52,878 nt of DNA from an uncultured Bacteroidales bacterium (GCA_965370965.1 CBDUWQ010000003.1:1-52878), one strand, 5' to 3'; numbered from the stretch's first letter, positions 1-11,007 are shown. The notes: generated by a model from the sequence alone, not told the origin. A program made the numbers and translations.

Positions 1-800
1 TTTTCGCTGACATCACTTGCCCAAACCACAGAATATCCGCTATTAATAGCATTATTAAACATATTCATCATATCATCCATAGGAACGTTTATGTAAAGGC
101 TCCAAGTCCAGTTATCGGGTACTTCAATAATAAACGATTTATAAAAAGGGTGGTGTGTAAAAGAGGTAAAAAAGTAGTAATCGTCAGGATTAATGCCTAC
201 TATTTCGTCGGCAAAAGTACGGGGAGAATACTCTTTGCTATTCCACTCAAATTTTTCGGGTACTTTGCCAAGATAAGCATCTAAAATACCAATAAAGCCA
301 TTGTACCATGCTGTAGATAGCTTGCGGTTTTTGTTTTTAATAACTCCATCAAGGTAATTTTTTAATACTTCATCTAATTCGCCATGCGTGTGAACATCGG
401 TTCCATAGTTAAGTCCGGTATAAACATCTTGTGGTATCGCACCATAGTTTTTATAAATATGAAATGCATCGTTAACAGCACCACCGCCGCCAAAATTATA
501 TTTTCCGTGCATACGCACATATGTTTTAGCTTTTTCTTCATAACTCATGCGCACAACATACAGTTCCGACAAGTTTACATACTCTTTGCCAATACGCAAC
601 ATTTCAGCTTCAATCATTCCCAATGTTGAATAGCTCCAACAAGTGCCTGCCCGTTGCTGATTGTTAACTTCGGTGCTTGCAACCTCTTTTACCATTGTAA
701 ACTTATAACCTTCGGGTTTACTCACTACAGTATCTTGTGCAAATAAAAAATTTGACATGAACAAACCGATTACTCCTAATAATAATATCTGCTTAATCAT
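1..800 (-). CDS. Aminopeptidase C / C1 (papain-like) cysteine peptidase, 3'-truncated by the window edge
   Basis: Not in the ORF track. Reading the minus strand from ATG at 800 gives a signal-peptide-like MIKQILLLGVIGLFMSNFLFAQ and then NQQRAGTCWSYS (Gln oxyanion plus catalytic Cys motif of C1 peptidases). Confidence 0.85.
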   Translation of the reverse strand, partial: MIKQILLLGVIGLFMSNFLFAQDTVVSKPEGYKFTMVKEVASTEVNNQQRAGTCWSYSTLGMIEAEMLRIGKEYVNLSELYVVRMSYEEKAKTYVRMHGKYNFGGGGAVNDAFHIYKNYGAIPQDVYTGLNYGTDVHTHGELDEVLKNYLDGVIKNKNRKLSTAWYNGFIGILDAYLGKVPEKFEWNSKEYSPRTFADEIVGINPDDYYFFTSFTHHPFYKSFIIEVPDNWTWSLYINVPMDDMMNMFNNAINSGYSVVWASDVSE

Positions 801-924
801 AATTTTTGTTTTAGTTTAATCTTAAGTATGCAAAAATAACAAAAAGTAACAGGTAAGTGTTAAAAATGTTGAGAAGTTAAATTTATAAAAGCAAGGGTTT
901 TGCTACGCTGTACAAAAATTAAAA

Positions 925-1000
925 CCCCCATCGCCTGTGGCACTTCCCCAAGGGGAAGATTACTCCCATCGCCTTTCAGGCACTTCCCCAGGCGGAAGAC
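925..1000. repeat. Two tandem copies of a GC-rich REP-like palindrome (CCCATCGCCT..GGCACTTCCCCAAGGGGAAGA)
   Basis: Copies at 925-960 and 965-1000; the same family recurs at about 31474-31510 and inverted at about 34193-34232. Confidence 0.8.
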
Positions 1001-1063
1001 CGCCTTGTATTAACTATTATTGATTATCAGCAAATTTAATTAGCTTGCAATAAATATTAGAAT

Positions 1064-1537
1064 TTGAAAAACACCAATATAAAACATATGCTTTTTGCTA
1101 TTAAACTGTCAAATGATAGCATTAAACAGGGGGGAGGCCCTTTTGGAGCAGTAATTGTAAAAAACGGCGAAATAATTTCAACAGCAACCAATAGCGTAAC
1201 AAACGACAACGACCCAACAGCACATGCCGAGGTAAATGCCATTCGTAAAGCATGTAAAAATCTAAATACTTTTAACCTTGCAGGATGCACAATTTACACA
1301 TCGTGCGAGCCTTGTCCAATGTGTTTAAGTGCTATTTATTGGGCACATATTGAAAAGGTTTATTACGGTAATAGTAAAATTGATGCCGGTAGTTATGGAT
1401 TTGACGATTCATTTATATATGATGAAATTGAATTGCCTATTAAAAAAAGGAAAATCATGTTTGAGCAGCTTTTGCCCAATGAGGCTATAAAGGCTTTTAA
1501 AAAGTGGGGAGATATGGAGGGTAAAATTGAGTATTAG
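1064..1537 (+). CDS. guaD: Nucleoside/guanine deaminase (cytidine deaminase-like, Bacillus GuaD type)
   Basis: GGPFGAVIV, HAEV and CEPCPMC zinc motifs, and the GFDD tail typical of GuaD. Confidence 0.85.
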   Translation: MKNTNIKHMLFAIKLSNDSIKQGGGPFGAVIVKNGEIISTATNSVTNDNDPTAHAEVNAIRKACKNLNTFNLAGCTIYTSCEPCPMCLSAIYWAHIEKVYYGNSKIDAGSYGFDDSFIYDEIELPIKKRKIMFEQLLPNEAIKAFKKWGDMEGKIEY

Positions 1538-1555
1538 GCTATTTGCGAAGTCCAT

Positions 1556-1610
1556 AAATCTGCAAGCGGATTGTTTTTATCCACAAATAACACGAATGCC
1601 CACGAATTTT
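1556..1610. repeat. Dispersed intergenic repeat (ATCYGCAAGCGGAT...CCAC.AAT.ACACGAA...CCACGAATTTT)
   Basis: A second copy at 45379-45460 carries an extra internal insertion. Confidence 0.7.
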
Positions 1611-1797
1611 ATATTACCCTCAAATCAGCAAGTTATCGGATGACTTATTGATTATTATAGAGATAGATTCATGTTTACGCATATTTTTGCAAAGCAGTCA
1701 TCCAATGATTAGTAAGTTAACAAGTTTGTTCTTGTGGATTTTAGGGAAGTTCATTAATTCGCACACTTGCATAATAGAGCAGACAAATTTAAAATAG

Positions 1798-2334
1798 ATG
1801 CAAAAAAAGATATGCAATAACAAAAAACTTACAAAGGACTTTTTTAACCGCGATGTTTTGGAGGTTGCCCCCGATTTACTTGGTAAAACAATAGTAAGGC
1901 AGTTTGCCAATGGCAAAACGGCAAGGTTTGTTATTTCGGAGGTTGAGGCTTATAGGGGCGAGGAGGATTTAGCATGCCATGCCCGCAAAGGGCGGACAAA
2001 ACGGACTGAGGTTATGTATATGGAGGGAGGTCATGTTTATGTTTACCTTATATATGGTATTCACTATATGCTTAATTTTGTTGTTGCAAAAGTTGATAAT
2101 CCTCAGGCTGTTTTAATCAGGGGAATTCATAATGTTATTGGACCCGGCAAGGTAAGCAAGTTACTTAAAATTGATAAAACATTTAATAAGCAAAACCTTT
2201 TTACATCAAACAGCATTTGGGTTGAAAATACCGGATTAGAGGTAAAATACAAAACCGATGTGCGTGTGGGCATTGATTACGCCGGTAATTACTGGAAAAA
2301 CCTACCATGGAGGTATATAAAAAATCTACCATAG
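1798..2334 (+). CDS. DNA-3-methyladenine glycosylase (MPG/AAG family)
   Basis: LLGK, EVEAY, YVYLIYG, AVLIRG, GPGK, RVGI and PWRY motifs. Confidence 0.9.
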   Translation: MQKKICNNKKLTKDFFNRDVLEVAPDLLGKTIVRQFANGKTARFVISEVEAYRGEEDLACHARKGRTKRTEVMYMEGGHVYVYLIYGIHYMLNFVVAKVDNPQAVLIRGIHNVIGPGKVSKLLKIDKTFNKQNLFTSNSIWVENTGLEVKYKTDVRVGIDYAGNYWKNLPWRYIKNLP

Positions 2335-2387
2335 AAATTGTGCAAGGTCGAAATAAAACGAGTCTTTAAACTATGGGTTTGCAAACT

Positions 2388-4076
2388 TTAAACTACCGAA
2401 TCAACAATTGATTGGGTAACATCATAGATGTAATCACCCAGCTTTTCCGACTCCGAAAAAATATCTTTATATAATGTACCTGTTTGGTACGAGTATTTAT
2501 CTTTTTCAATGTTATTTATATTCTTTTCCCTTAGCTTGTTTCTGTAGTTATTTATTTTTGTTTCAATTTTTTTTGCCCGTACATTATTTACCTTATAGTG
2601 ATGCTCGTCAAGGTTATCAATCATAATATTAAAGGCTTCATTAACCAAACCAAACATTTTAACGAGCTTCTCTTTTAATTCAGTAGTAAATTTATCCTTT
2701 TTACCTCGTGCACGGCTCATTGCCCTTGCAATATTTAGACATGAATCGCCCATGCTTTCAATTTCATCAATAATGCCCAGCATTGAGCTTATCCTTTTCG
2801 ATGAGCTTTTGCTCAATTCACCTTCCGCAGTTTTTGTAAGGTATTTAGCTATAGCTATTTCCATCTCGTCGCTTTTGTTTTCGCCGTTATCTACCTTATC
2901 AAACAGTTTGTTAAAATGGCGTTCTTTTTTCTCGTTTAGCATATTTGATAACCGCCCAAATAGTTTTTTTGTTTGTTGTGCATATAAAACAATCTCCTTT
3001 TTTGCCTGTATCAACGACAGTTCATTTGTACTAAGCATACCAAACTTAATATATTTTAGGTTAAACTCCTGTTCATCTTCTTTTACAGGAATTAGTTTTT
3101 CAACAAAAAGAACAATGTATTTTACAAACGATATTTGCAGTAAAACATTGGCCACATTAAAAAAGGTATGAAAAAGTGATAATGCTATTGGAATAGCTGC
3201 GGCGCTATAAAATGCAGATTTGCTTGATGTGGTTAAAATAACCCTGTCAACACCATTTAAGAAAAAAGGGAGGATAGAAAGCACCCAAATTACACCTACA
3301 ATATTAAAAACCAAGTGAGCCCGTGCAGCTCGTTTTGCAGTTGAATTTGCAACTGTGGCCGCAAGGTTTGCTGTAATTGTTGTTCCTATGTTTTCGCCAA
3401 GTACCATGGCGGCAGCCGTCTCAAAATCTATCCAACCATTATTACACATAACCAATGTTAAAGCCATTGTTGCGCTCGACGATTGTATAATAACAGTCAT
3501 AATTGTGCCAATGGCCAAAAAAATCAAGTTTGATCCTATGCCCATTCCCGTAAAATTCCTTAAAAATTCAAGAATCTCTGGATTATCTCCAATGTTTGGT
3601 ACACTGGTTTTTAGGCTCTCTAAACCTATAAACAATAGTGCAAAACCCACTAATACCTGCCCCCATGATTTATGCCTTGCCTTTTTTGAAAATATAAAAG
3701 GAAACCCGATACCAATAATTGGATAGGCCAATACACTCATTTTAACTTTAAAGCCGAGTATTGAAATAAGCCAGGCGGTTACAGTTGTGCCAATGTTTGC
3801 GCCCATTATTACGCCCACCGACTCGGTTAGGGTAAGTAACCCTGCGTTAACAAAACTCACTATCATAACGGTAGTGGCACTCGACGATTGTATTACGGCC
3901 GTAATAAGCACTCCGGTAAAAACACCCTTTATCCTGTTCGATGTCATAGCAGCCAAGAAATTCCTGAGTTTGCTACCTGCAACTTTTTGTAATGCCTCGC
4001 TCATCAATTTCATTCCGTAAAGGAATAACCCGAGTGCACCAATTAAGGTTAAAAAATCAAGTAAAGTATAGTTCAT
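2388..4076 (-). CDS. Na+/phosphate cotransporter with C-terminal PhoU-like domain
   Basis: Two QSSSAT repeats, GANIGTT/GENIGTT motifs, hydrophobic N-half and helical C-half. Confidence 0.92.
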   Translation of the reverse strand: MNYTLLDFLTLIGALGLFLYGMKLMSEALQKVAGSKLRNFLAAMTSNRIKGVFTGVLITAVIQSSSATTVMIVSFVNAGLLTLTESVGVIMGANIGTTVTAWLISILGFKVKMSVLAYPIIGIGFPFIFSKKARHKSWGQVLVGFALLFIGLESLKTSVPNIGDNPEILEFLRNFTGMGIGSNLIFLAIGTIMTVIIQSSSATMALTLVMCNNGWIDFETAAAMVLGENIGTTITANLAATVANSTAKRAARAHLVFNIVGVIWVLSILPFFLNGVDRVILTTSSKSAFYSAAAIPIALSLFHTFFNVANVLLQISFVKYIVLFVEKLIPVKEDEQEFNLKYIKFGMLSTNELSLIQAKKEIVLYAQQTKKLFGRLSNMLNEKKERHFNKLFDKVDNGENKSDEMEIAIAKYLTKTAEGELSKSSSKRISSMLGIIDEIESMGDSCLNIARAMSRARGKKDKFTTELKEKLVKMFGLVNEAFNIMIDNLDEHHYKVNNVRAKKIETKINNYRNKLREKNINNIEKDKYSYQTGTLYKDIFSESEKLGDYIYDVTQSIVDSVV

Positions 4077-4364
4077 TTTATGCTATTTTAGTGATGCCAA
4101 AATAACTATATTTAGAAATATAAAAGAAAAAAAACAGCTAAATTTTTATGTTTTTTGGGAAGGCTTAATTTTTACCTAAAAATCTAAATAAAAATCTCTT
4201 ACAGTTCCGTATTGCACAATACTGCTACAAATGCTTACTTCAAAGTTTTTTACGCTTTGCAGCTAAAGTAAACAGTAAACTAAAGTTGTTATAGTACTTC
4301 AACTTAAGGCACTTTAATATACTTTTAACTTTAAACTCTTTTCTGGTTTATCAAGGTTAGAGTA

Positions 4365-5276
4365 TTATCTAATAATATGGTTTCTGATTTGCCTGGTTAT
4401 TTTTCTAATTTCAGAGAAATCATCATTATTTAAATTTAACATTTCAGAATTATTAAGCTTAATATGCTTTGTAGTTGTGTCAATAACAAGGCTTTCGGAT
4501 GGGAATTGTACATTTAGATTATCAAAAGCTTTTCTTAATTTTTTTAACAGTAAAAGATATTCCGACACATTAATATTGTCTTGCGATTGTTGCATAAGGC
4601 TGATAAGGCTATTGAGTGAAAATTTTTGTATAGCAATTTTACCAAGTAATTTTGAATTGGTTTCTTCATACATATTTGTGGCAATATAAAGGGTCTCAAT
4701 CCATCCGCCCAACAATATCAAACTTGCCGAGTGTTTTCTTCCACACTTTTTTAAAAAGATATCGGTTTTATTATAGGCTACTTTGGCAATAAAAACAAGC
4801 GAGTCAAATTTTTGCGAATTACTCTCAGCCTCATCGTATGTAAAATTTACAAATTCGTGGGGTATTTCAAGTTGGTTTGTAAGCCTTTGAATTGCAGCAC
4901 GGTACGACAACGATTGCTGCGATTGGTCAAACATCCATAAATAACTTATATCGGCTCCATAAACCCCAAGGTTAAGTGCAATTTTGGTACTCTCGGTGTA
5001 TTTGGTAATGTTGTTAATAGGGTTAATTAATGATGAGTTGAAGTACGATTCTTTTTTTGAAACTAAATAGGTTAATTCAACAGGCGAAAACAGATTATAA
5101 AAAACGATATCTTCATTTTTATAATTTTCGGGAACAAACGAAACAGTACCTTCCTCTTTTTCAAGCTCTTGGTTTATTTCAGCTTTTTTTATTTGCTCTT
5201 TATTTGCTTGATTACAAGAAACAAATAATAAAAGCATGAATATTATGATTATGTAAAAATGTTTATTCATTAACAT
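4365..5276 (-). CDS. Hypothetical lipoprotein (paralogue 1)
   Basis: Lipobox LFVSC; shares ALNLGVYGAD.SYLWMF and LGGWIETL motifs with the neighbouring gene. Confidence 0.8.
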   Translation of the reverse strand: MLMNKHFYIIIIFMLLLFVSCNQANKEQIKKAEINQELEKEEGTVSFVPENYKNEDIVFYNLFSPVELTYLVSKKESYFNSSLINPINNITKYTESTKIALNLGVYGADISYLWMFDQSQQSLSYRAAIQRLTNQLEIPHEFVNFTYDEAESNSQKFDSLVFIAKVAYNKTDIFLKKCGRKHSASLILLGGWIETLYIATNMYEETNSKLLGKIAIQKFSLNSLISLMQQSQDNINVSEYLLLLKKLRKAFDNLNVQFPSESLVIDTTTKHIKLNNSEMLNLNNDDFSEIRKITRQIRNHIIR

Positions 5277-5312
5277 ACTAAATTGGTGTTTGTTACTTCA
5301 AAAATATGAAAT

Positions 5313-6224
5313 TTATTTTATAATATGATTTCTAATTTGTGATGTTAGCCCTTTAATCTCGGTAAATTGACTTGGATCAATTTTTACATTGTCAGTATCT
5401 TTAATTGTAATGCGCTTATTAACAGTGTCTATTACTATATCTTCATGGTTAAGTTGCGATTCAAGCTTTTTAAAACTCCCATTTAGTTTTTTCATAAGTA
5501 AAAGATATTCTGACATCACTATATCATCTTGGCAGTTTTGAATCATTGTTATTAAACTTGCCAATGAGTATTTTTGAGTAATAATTTTGGCTGCCAGCTT
5601 CGAGTTTGGCTCATTATACATGTTTACTGCAATATGCAGTGTTTCAATCCATCCGCCAAGTAATATTAAAACAGCAGAATTTTCGCGTTCACTACCTTTT
5701 AAAAATTTGTCGGTAGCATAATAGGCGTCTCTTGCAATTATTATTAAAGAGTCCATATCATCAGCGCTGCTTTCAGCCAATTTCATGGTTAATTCAACAA
5801 ATTTATTTGGTATGCCTATTTTTGAGGTTAGGTGTTGTATTGCCGATAAATATGACATGGCTTGTTGATTTTGCTCAAACATCCACAAATACGACAAATC
5901 GGCTCCATAAATTCCAATATTTAATGCAATTTTATGACTTAATGCATATTTAGTTATATTATCTAATGAATTTATATAAGCTGAATTATAATATGAGCTT
6001 TTTTTATCAATTACTTTATCCAAATCTAATGGCGAAAACATATTATAAAAAACCACATCTTCGCTTCTTTTGTCTTTTGGCAAACTTGTAGTATCAATTT
6101 CATTATTGTCAAGAGACACATCAAACTTTTGCTCTTTATCTGCTGTATTTTTATTATTGGAATTTGAGCAGCCCATAAAAAAGGCTATAGTCACTAAAAA
6201 CAGTAGAAAAAAAAGATATTTCAT
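5313..6224 (-). CDS. Hypothetical lipoprotein (paralogue 2)
   Basis: Lipobox FFMGC; same 303-aa length and motifs as 4365-5276. Confidence 0.8.
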   Translation of the reverse strand: MKYLFFLLFLVTIAFFMGCSNSNNKNTADKEQKFDVSLDNNEIDTTSLPKDKRSEDVVFYNMFSPLDLDKVIDKKSSYYNSAYINSLDNITKYALSHKIALNIGIYGADLSYLWMFEQNQQAMSYLSAIQHLTSKIGIPNKFVELTMKLAESSADDMDSLIIIARDAYYATDKFLKGSERENSAVLILLGGWIETLHIAVNMYNEPNSKLAAKIITQKYSLASLITMIQNCQDDIVMSEYLLLMKKLNGSFKKLESQLNHEDIVIDTVNKRITIKDTDNVKIDPSQFTEIKGLTSQIRNHIIK

Positions 6225-6389
6225 AAGGTAAATTTTTATTGATAATATGACACAAATACAATTAATTTATAAATATAGTAAAATGGCGTATAATTATTAG
6301 ACTTAAAGCCCAAATAAAAAGTAATAGTGGCATAAATTTGTTAATTTTGCATTTAATTCTTTAATAAAATTGTATAAGTTAAAATTACC

Positions 6390-6839
6390 ATGGCAATAAT
6401 TAGAGTTACCAAAGAGTTTAATTTTGAAATGGCGCATGCGCTTTATAATTACGATGGGCTTTGCAAAAATATCCATGGGCATTCATATAAACTTTTTGTA
6501 ACAGTTATTGGTACGCCAATAGCAGAAAAAAGCCACCCTAAACTTGGTATGCTGATTGATTTTGGCGACTTAAAGGTTATAATATACAAAGAAATTGTTG
6601 AGGTTTTTGACCATGCCCTTGTAATTAATAAAAGTTCAGGTTTTAGCAATCGCAAATATGGCCATGAAATGTTTGATAATACAATTTATGTTGATTACCA
6701 GCCCACATGCGAAAACATGGTTTATGATTTTGTTGGACGTATAAGGCCAATTTTGCCTTCCAATATTGAGTTACACAGCCTAAGGTTATATGAAACAGAA
6801 ACATCATATGCCGAATGGTTTGCTTCTGATAACATTTAA
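6390..6839 (+). CDS. queD: 6-carboxytetrahydropterin synthase
   Basis: FEMAH, C.NIHGHSY, DFGDLK, DH, PTCEN and LYET motifs. Confidence 0.92.
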   Translation: MAIIRVTKEFNFEMAHALYNYDGLCKNIHGHSYKLFVTVIGTPIAEKSHPKLGMLIDFGDLKVIIYKEIVEVFDHALVINKSSGFSNRKYGHEMFDNTIYVDYQPTCENMVYDFVGRIRPILPSNIELHSLRLYETETSYAEWFASDNI

Positions 6840-6930
6840 ATTGTGCTTGCCTGAAAACGTCAAATAAAAATCTAACCTTGAACATTTGTTTTCATTATAT
6901 TTACTTTTTTAACTTTAGAATCAATATAAA

Positions 6931-9732
6931 ATGGCTGAAAAAAAACTTTTTTTGTTAGATGCCTATGCATTAGCATACAGGTCGTATTACGCTTTTATTA
7001 AAAACCCCCGCATTAACTCCAAAGGCGAAAACACATCGGCTGTTTTTGGGTTTGCAATGTCGTTGCTCGATGTTATAAACAAACAGCAACCTACCCATAT
7101 TGGCGTGGTGTTCGATCCTAAAGGACCAAATTTTAGGCACAAAATGTATAAGGAGTACAAAGCAAACCGAGAGGCTATGCCCGAGGATATGAGGCAGTCA
7201 ATTCCATATATTAAAGAGATGATTGAAGCTTTCAATATTCCGGTGCTAGAGGTGGCAGGATACGAAGCCGATGATGTAATTGGAACACTTGCTAAAAAAG
7301 CCGAAAGCAGTGGCTTTCATGTTTACATGATGACGCCAGATAAGGATTATGCTCAGCTGGTTACCAATAAGGTTTTTGTGTTTAAACCCGCTCGGGGCGG
7401 AAATGAACCAGAGCTTTGGACACCTGAAAAAGTGCTTGAAAAGTTTAAGGTAACACCAAATAATATTATCGATTTGCTGGGGCTTATGGGCGATAGCTCA
7501 GACAATGTACCCGGATGTCCGGGAGTTGGTCCAAAAGGAGCAGAGAAGCTTATTGCAGATTTTGGCACAATTGAGGGTGTTTATGAAAATATTAATACTC
7601 TTAAAGGGAAACAAAAACAGAACATGATTGACTTTAAAGAGCAAGTGCTGCTATCGAAAAAATTGGTTACCATTGAAACAAAAGTACCCATTGAGTTTGA
7701 TGAAAAAGCTTTGGAATATGAAAAACCAAATGCCGAAAAAATCAAAGAGCTGTTTCAAAGACTCGAATTTCGCAATTTGGTTAACAGGGTGCTGGGAACC
7801 GGCACTACAACCACAACCACTACCACAAAAAAACAGGCTCCGGCTCCGGTTCAGGGTTCACTTTTTGATATGTTTGAAACTACCGGCAATGCTGTTGCAG
7901 AAGAACCCGAGGAAGACTTAAAAAGCATTAAAACCGAAAAAGTTGAATATAATTTGGTGCAAACTGATGAGGAGATAGACAAATTACTTGAGATACTGTT
8001 AAAACAAAACGAAGTGTGTTTTGATACAGAAACAACATCGTTAACAATTCACTCGGCGCAATTGGTTGGTTTAGCTTTATCGGTTAGTAAAGGTAAAGCT
8101 TATTATATACCATTTAATCAGGAGCATAACGAAACAATTAAAAAGTTAGAAAAGTTAAAGCCTTTTTTTAAAAATAAGGATATAATAAAAGTGGGGCAAA
8201 ACCTTAAATACGATATTATGGTACTAATGAACTATAATATTGAGGTAAAAGGACCAATGTTTGATACCATGATTGCCCATTACCTTATTGAGCCCGAACA
8301 GCGCCATAACTTAGATGCACTATCCCGTCATTATTTGAAATACGATACAATTAAAACCGAGGAGCTGATTGGTAAAAAGGGAAAAAACCAAATGAGCATG
8401 GCACAGGTGGCACTTGATAAAATAAAGGATTATGCCTGCGAAGATGCCGATATTACTTTACAATTGGTTAAGCCACTGCACAAACAGTTGCAAGATGCAA
8501 AAATGGTTGAGCTGTTCCAAAATATTGAGATACCTCTGTTATCTGTTTTGGCCGATATGGAGTATCAGGGGATTAAACTCGACAATGAAGGGTTAAAAAA
8601 CTATTCGGTGCAGCTAAAAAAAGAGACAATTACGGTTGAGCAGAGTATTTATAAACATGCAGGCATGGAGTTTAATATATCATCGCCAAAGCAGTTGGGC
8701 GAAGTGTTGTTTGATAAGATGAAGATTGTTGCAAATGCACAAAAAACAAAAACAAAACAGTATGCAACAGGCGAGGAGGTGTTGGTAAAATTAAAGGACA
8801 AACATCCTATTATTGATGATATTTTGGAGTACCGCTCGTTAAAAAAGCTAATTACAACTTATGTTGATGCATTGCCTATTCTAATACATAAAAAAACCAA
8901 TAAAATACACACTTCATATAATCAAACTATTACAGCCACAGGACGTTTGAGCTCAAACAACCCAAATATGCAAAACATACCAATACGTGAGGAACGTGGG
9001 CGCGAAATACGAAAAGCCTTTATTCCTACCAACGATGAGTACGTTTTGTTTGCAGCCGATTATTCGCAAATTGAGTTGCGTTTAATGGCACACCTTTGCC
9101 AAGATGAAAACATGGTTGAGGCTTTTAAAAATGGTAAAGACATTCATGCTGATACTGCCGCTCGCATCTTTAAAATAGATAAAAGCAAAGTTACGCGCGA
9201 GCAGCGAGGTTTTGCCAAAGGGGCAAATTTTGGTATAATTTACGGAATTTCGGCTTTTGGGTTGGCGCAAAACCTAAATATTGGACGCAGCGAGGCAAAA
9301 AATATTATTGATAGTTATTTTATTAGCTACCCTAAAGTAAAAAACTTTATGGATGAAAGTGTTAAAATGGTAAGAGAAACCGAATATGCCGAAACCATTT
9401 TTGGCAGGCGCAGGTATTTGCCTAATATACAATCAAATAATGCAATAGTGCGTGGTGCTGCCGAAAGGAATGCTATAAATGCACCTATACAGGGTACTGC
9501 CGCTGATATTATTAAAATAGCAATGATAAATATTCAAAAAAGGTTTAAAAATGAAGGGATCTCCTCAAAAATGATTTTACAGGTACATGATGAATTGGTA
9601 TTTGATGTATTGAAAACCGAACTTGAAAAAGTTAAGGAGATTGTTGTTTATGAAATGGAAAATGCAGCAAGTCTTAGCATACCCTTAACTGTTGATTTTG
9701 GGTATGGTAAAAATTGGATGGAGGCACATTAA
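6931..9732 (+). CDS. polA: DNA polymerase I
   Basis: 5'-3' exonuclease (EADDVIG, GDSSDN), 3'-5' exonuclease (FDTETT) and polymerase motifs (ADYSQIELR, KGANFGIIYG, LQVHDEL). Confidence 0.98.
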   Translation: MAEKKLFLLDAYALAYRSYYAFIKNPRINSKGENTSAVFGFAMSLLDVINKQQPTHIGVVFDPKGPNFRHKMYKEYKANREAMPEDMRQSIPYIKEMIEAFNIPVLEVAGYEADDVIGTLAKKAESSGFHVYMMTPDKDYAQLVTNKVFVFKPARGGNEPELWTPEKVLEKFKVTPNNIIDLLGLMGDSSDNVPGCPGVGPKGAEKLIADFGTIEGVYENINTLKGKQKQNMIDFKEQVLLSKKLVTIETKVPIEFDEKALEYEKPNAEKIKELFQRLEFRNLVNRVLGTGTTTTTTTTKKQAPAPVQGSLFDMFETTGNAVAEEPEEDLKSIKTEKVEYNLVQTDEEIDKLLEILLKQNEVCFDTETTSLTIHSAQLVGLALSVSKGKAYYIPFNQEHNETIKKLEKLKPFFKNKDIIKVGQNLKYDIMVLMNYNIEVKGPMFDTMIAHYLIEPEQRHNLDALSRHYLKYDTIKTEELIGKKGKNQMSMAQVALDKIKDYACEDADITLQLVKPLHKQLQDAKMVELFQNIEIPLLSVLADMEYQGIKLDNEGLKNYSVQLKKETITVEQSIYKHAGMEFNISSPKQLGEVLFDKMKIVANAQKTKTKQYATGEEVLVKLKDKHPIIDDILEYRSLKKLITTYVDALPILIHKKTNKIHTSYNQTITATGRLSSNNPNMQNIPIREERGREIRKAFIPTNDEYVLFAADYSQIELRLMAHLCQDENMVEAFKNGKDIHADTAARIFKIDKSKVTREQRGFAKGANFGIIYGISAFGLAQNLNIGRSEAKNIIDSYFISYPKVKNFMDESVKMVRETEYAETIFGRRRYLPNIQSNNAIVRGAAERNAINAPIQGTAADIIKIAMINIQKRFKNEGISSKMILQVHDELVFDVLKTELEKVKEIVVYEMENAASLSIPLTVDFGYGKNWMEAH

Positions 9733-9783
9733 GAATAATTTTATACTTTTGCCGGCAGCAAATAAATAAGATGATGGTTGGTT

Positions 9784-11007
9784 ATGAAGGGATACGAATA
9801 TTTTACTTTAAACAATGGCATTAGGGTAATACACAAACAAGCTGATGGGAAAGTAGCGCATTTAGGAGTGGTTATTAACACCGGTTCGCGCGACGAGAAA
9901 GAGTCAGAGCATGGGATTGCCCATTTTATTGAACATGTTATTTTTAAGGGTACGCATAAACGAAAAGCATATCATGTTATAAGCAGTTTAGAGAATGTGG
10001 GTGGAGAGATTGATGCTTATACAACAAAAGAGGAGACCACAATTTATGCCGCCTTTTTAAAGGAGTATTATGTTAGGGCAATGGAGCTTTTTGCCGATAT
10101 ACTGTTCAATTCATCATTTCCTGAAAAAGAACTTGAAAAAGAGAAAGAGGTTATTCTTGACGAGATAAACTCGTATAAGGACAGTCCTGCCGACTTGATT
10201 TTTGACGATTTTGAAGAGCTGATATTTAAAGGGCATCCCATTGGGCGCAATATTTTGGGCGAGCCTAAATCATTAAAAAAGTATAACCGTAATAACCTGC
10301 TTACTTTTATTAAAAACAACTACCATACAAACCAAATGGTAATTTGCTCGGTGGGCGATGTTAAATTTTCAGCATTAAAAAAGTGGGCTGAGAAATATTT
10401 TGGCGAATTTGAAGAGAACAAACGAAAAAACCGCCGAAAAGTACTTAATGGTTATAAGGCATCAACAAAACAGGTGATTAAAGACACTTATCAAGCCCAT
10501 TGTGTTATGGGAAACAGGGCATATTCAATAAAAGATAAGAAAAGGTTGCCGCTTGAATTGCTAAATAATATTCTGGGTGGACCCGGAATGAATTCGAGGC
10601 TTAATTTGGCATTGCGCGAAAAACACGGCTTTACCTATAACATTGAGTCGTTTTATAACCCCTATACCGATACCGGAATTATTGGAATATATTTTGGTAC
10701 CGAGAAGGAAAAAGTTGAAAGGAGTTTAAAAATCATTAACCACGAAATAAAACAACTTCAAAATAAACCGTTGGGGATATTGCAATTAGAGCGTGCAAAA
10801 AAACAACTGATGGGACAAATGGCAATTGGTTCTGAAAATAAATCGAGTTTGATGCTTAATATTGGCCGTAGTTATTTATTGTTTAACAAGGTTGACTCGT
10901 TGGATAAGGTGTATAAAATGATAAATGCTATTACAACAAAACAGTTGTTGGAGGTAGCCAATGAGGCTTTTGATTTTGATAAAATGTCGATGTTGGTTTT
11001 TAAATAG
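9784..11007 (+). CDS. M16 family (pitrilysin-like) zinc peptidase
   Basis: HFIEH inverted zinc motif, AYTTKE, and SRL...LREK.G..Y. ATG at 9784 preferred over TTG at 9778. Confidence 0.92.
   Translation: MKGYEYFTLNNGIRVIHKQADGKVAHLGVVINTGSRDEKESEHGIAHFIEHVIFKGTHKRKAYHVISSLENVGGEIDAYTTKEETTIYAAFLKEYYVRAMELFADILFNSSFPEKELEKEKEVILDEINSYKDSPADLIFDDFEELIFKGHPIGRNILGEPKSLKKYNRNNLLTFIKNNYHTNQMVICSVGDVKFSALKKWAEKYFGEFEENKRKNRRKVLNGYKASTKQVIKDTYQAHCVMGNRAYSIKDKKRLPLELLNNILGGPGMNSRLNLALREKHGFTYNIESFYNPYTDTGIIGIYFGTEKEKVERSLKIINHEIKQLQNKPLGILQLERAKKQLMGQMAIGSENKSSLMLNIGRSYLLFNKVDSLDKVYKMINAITTKQLLEVANEAFDFDKMSMLVFK

Noticed and set aside
925-1000. Tandem ~36-bp repeats as a CRISPR array
   Set aside because: Only two imperfect copies with a 4-bp gap, no spacers, no cas genes, and dispersed copies elsewhere indicate a REP-like family.
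4140-4345. Possible sRNA between the Na/Pi transporter and the lipoprotein genes
   Set aside because: Only a short GTATTG/CAATAC hairpin is present, with no convincing promoter-terminator pair.
7795-7830. Poly-Thr tract in PolA
   Set aside because: A low-complexity interdomain linker encoded by mixed codons; not an intein or a phase-variable repeat.
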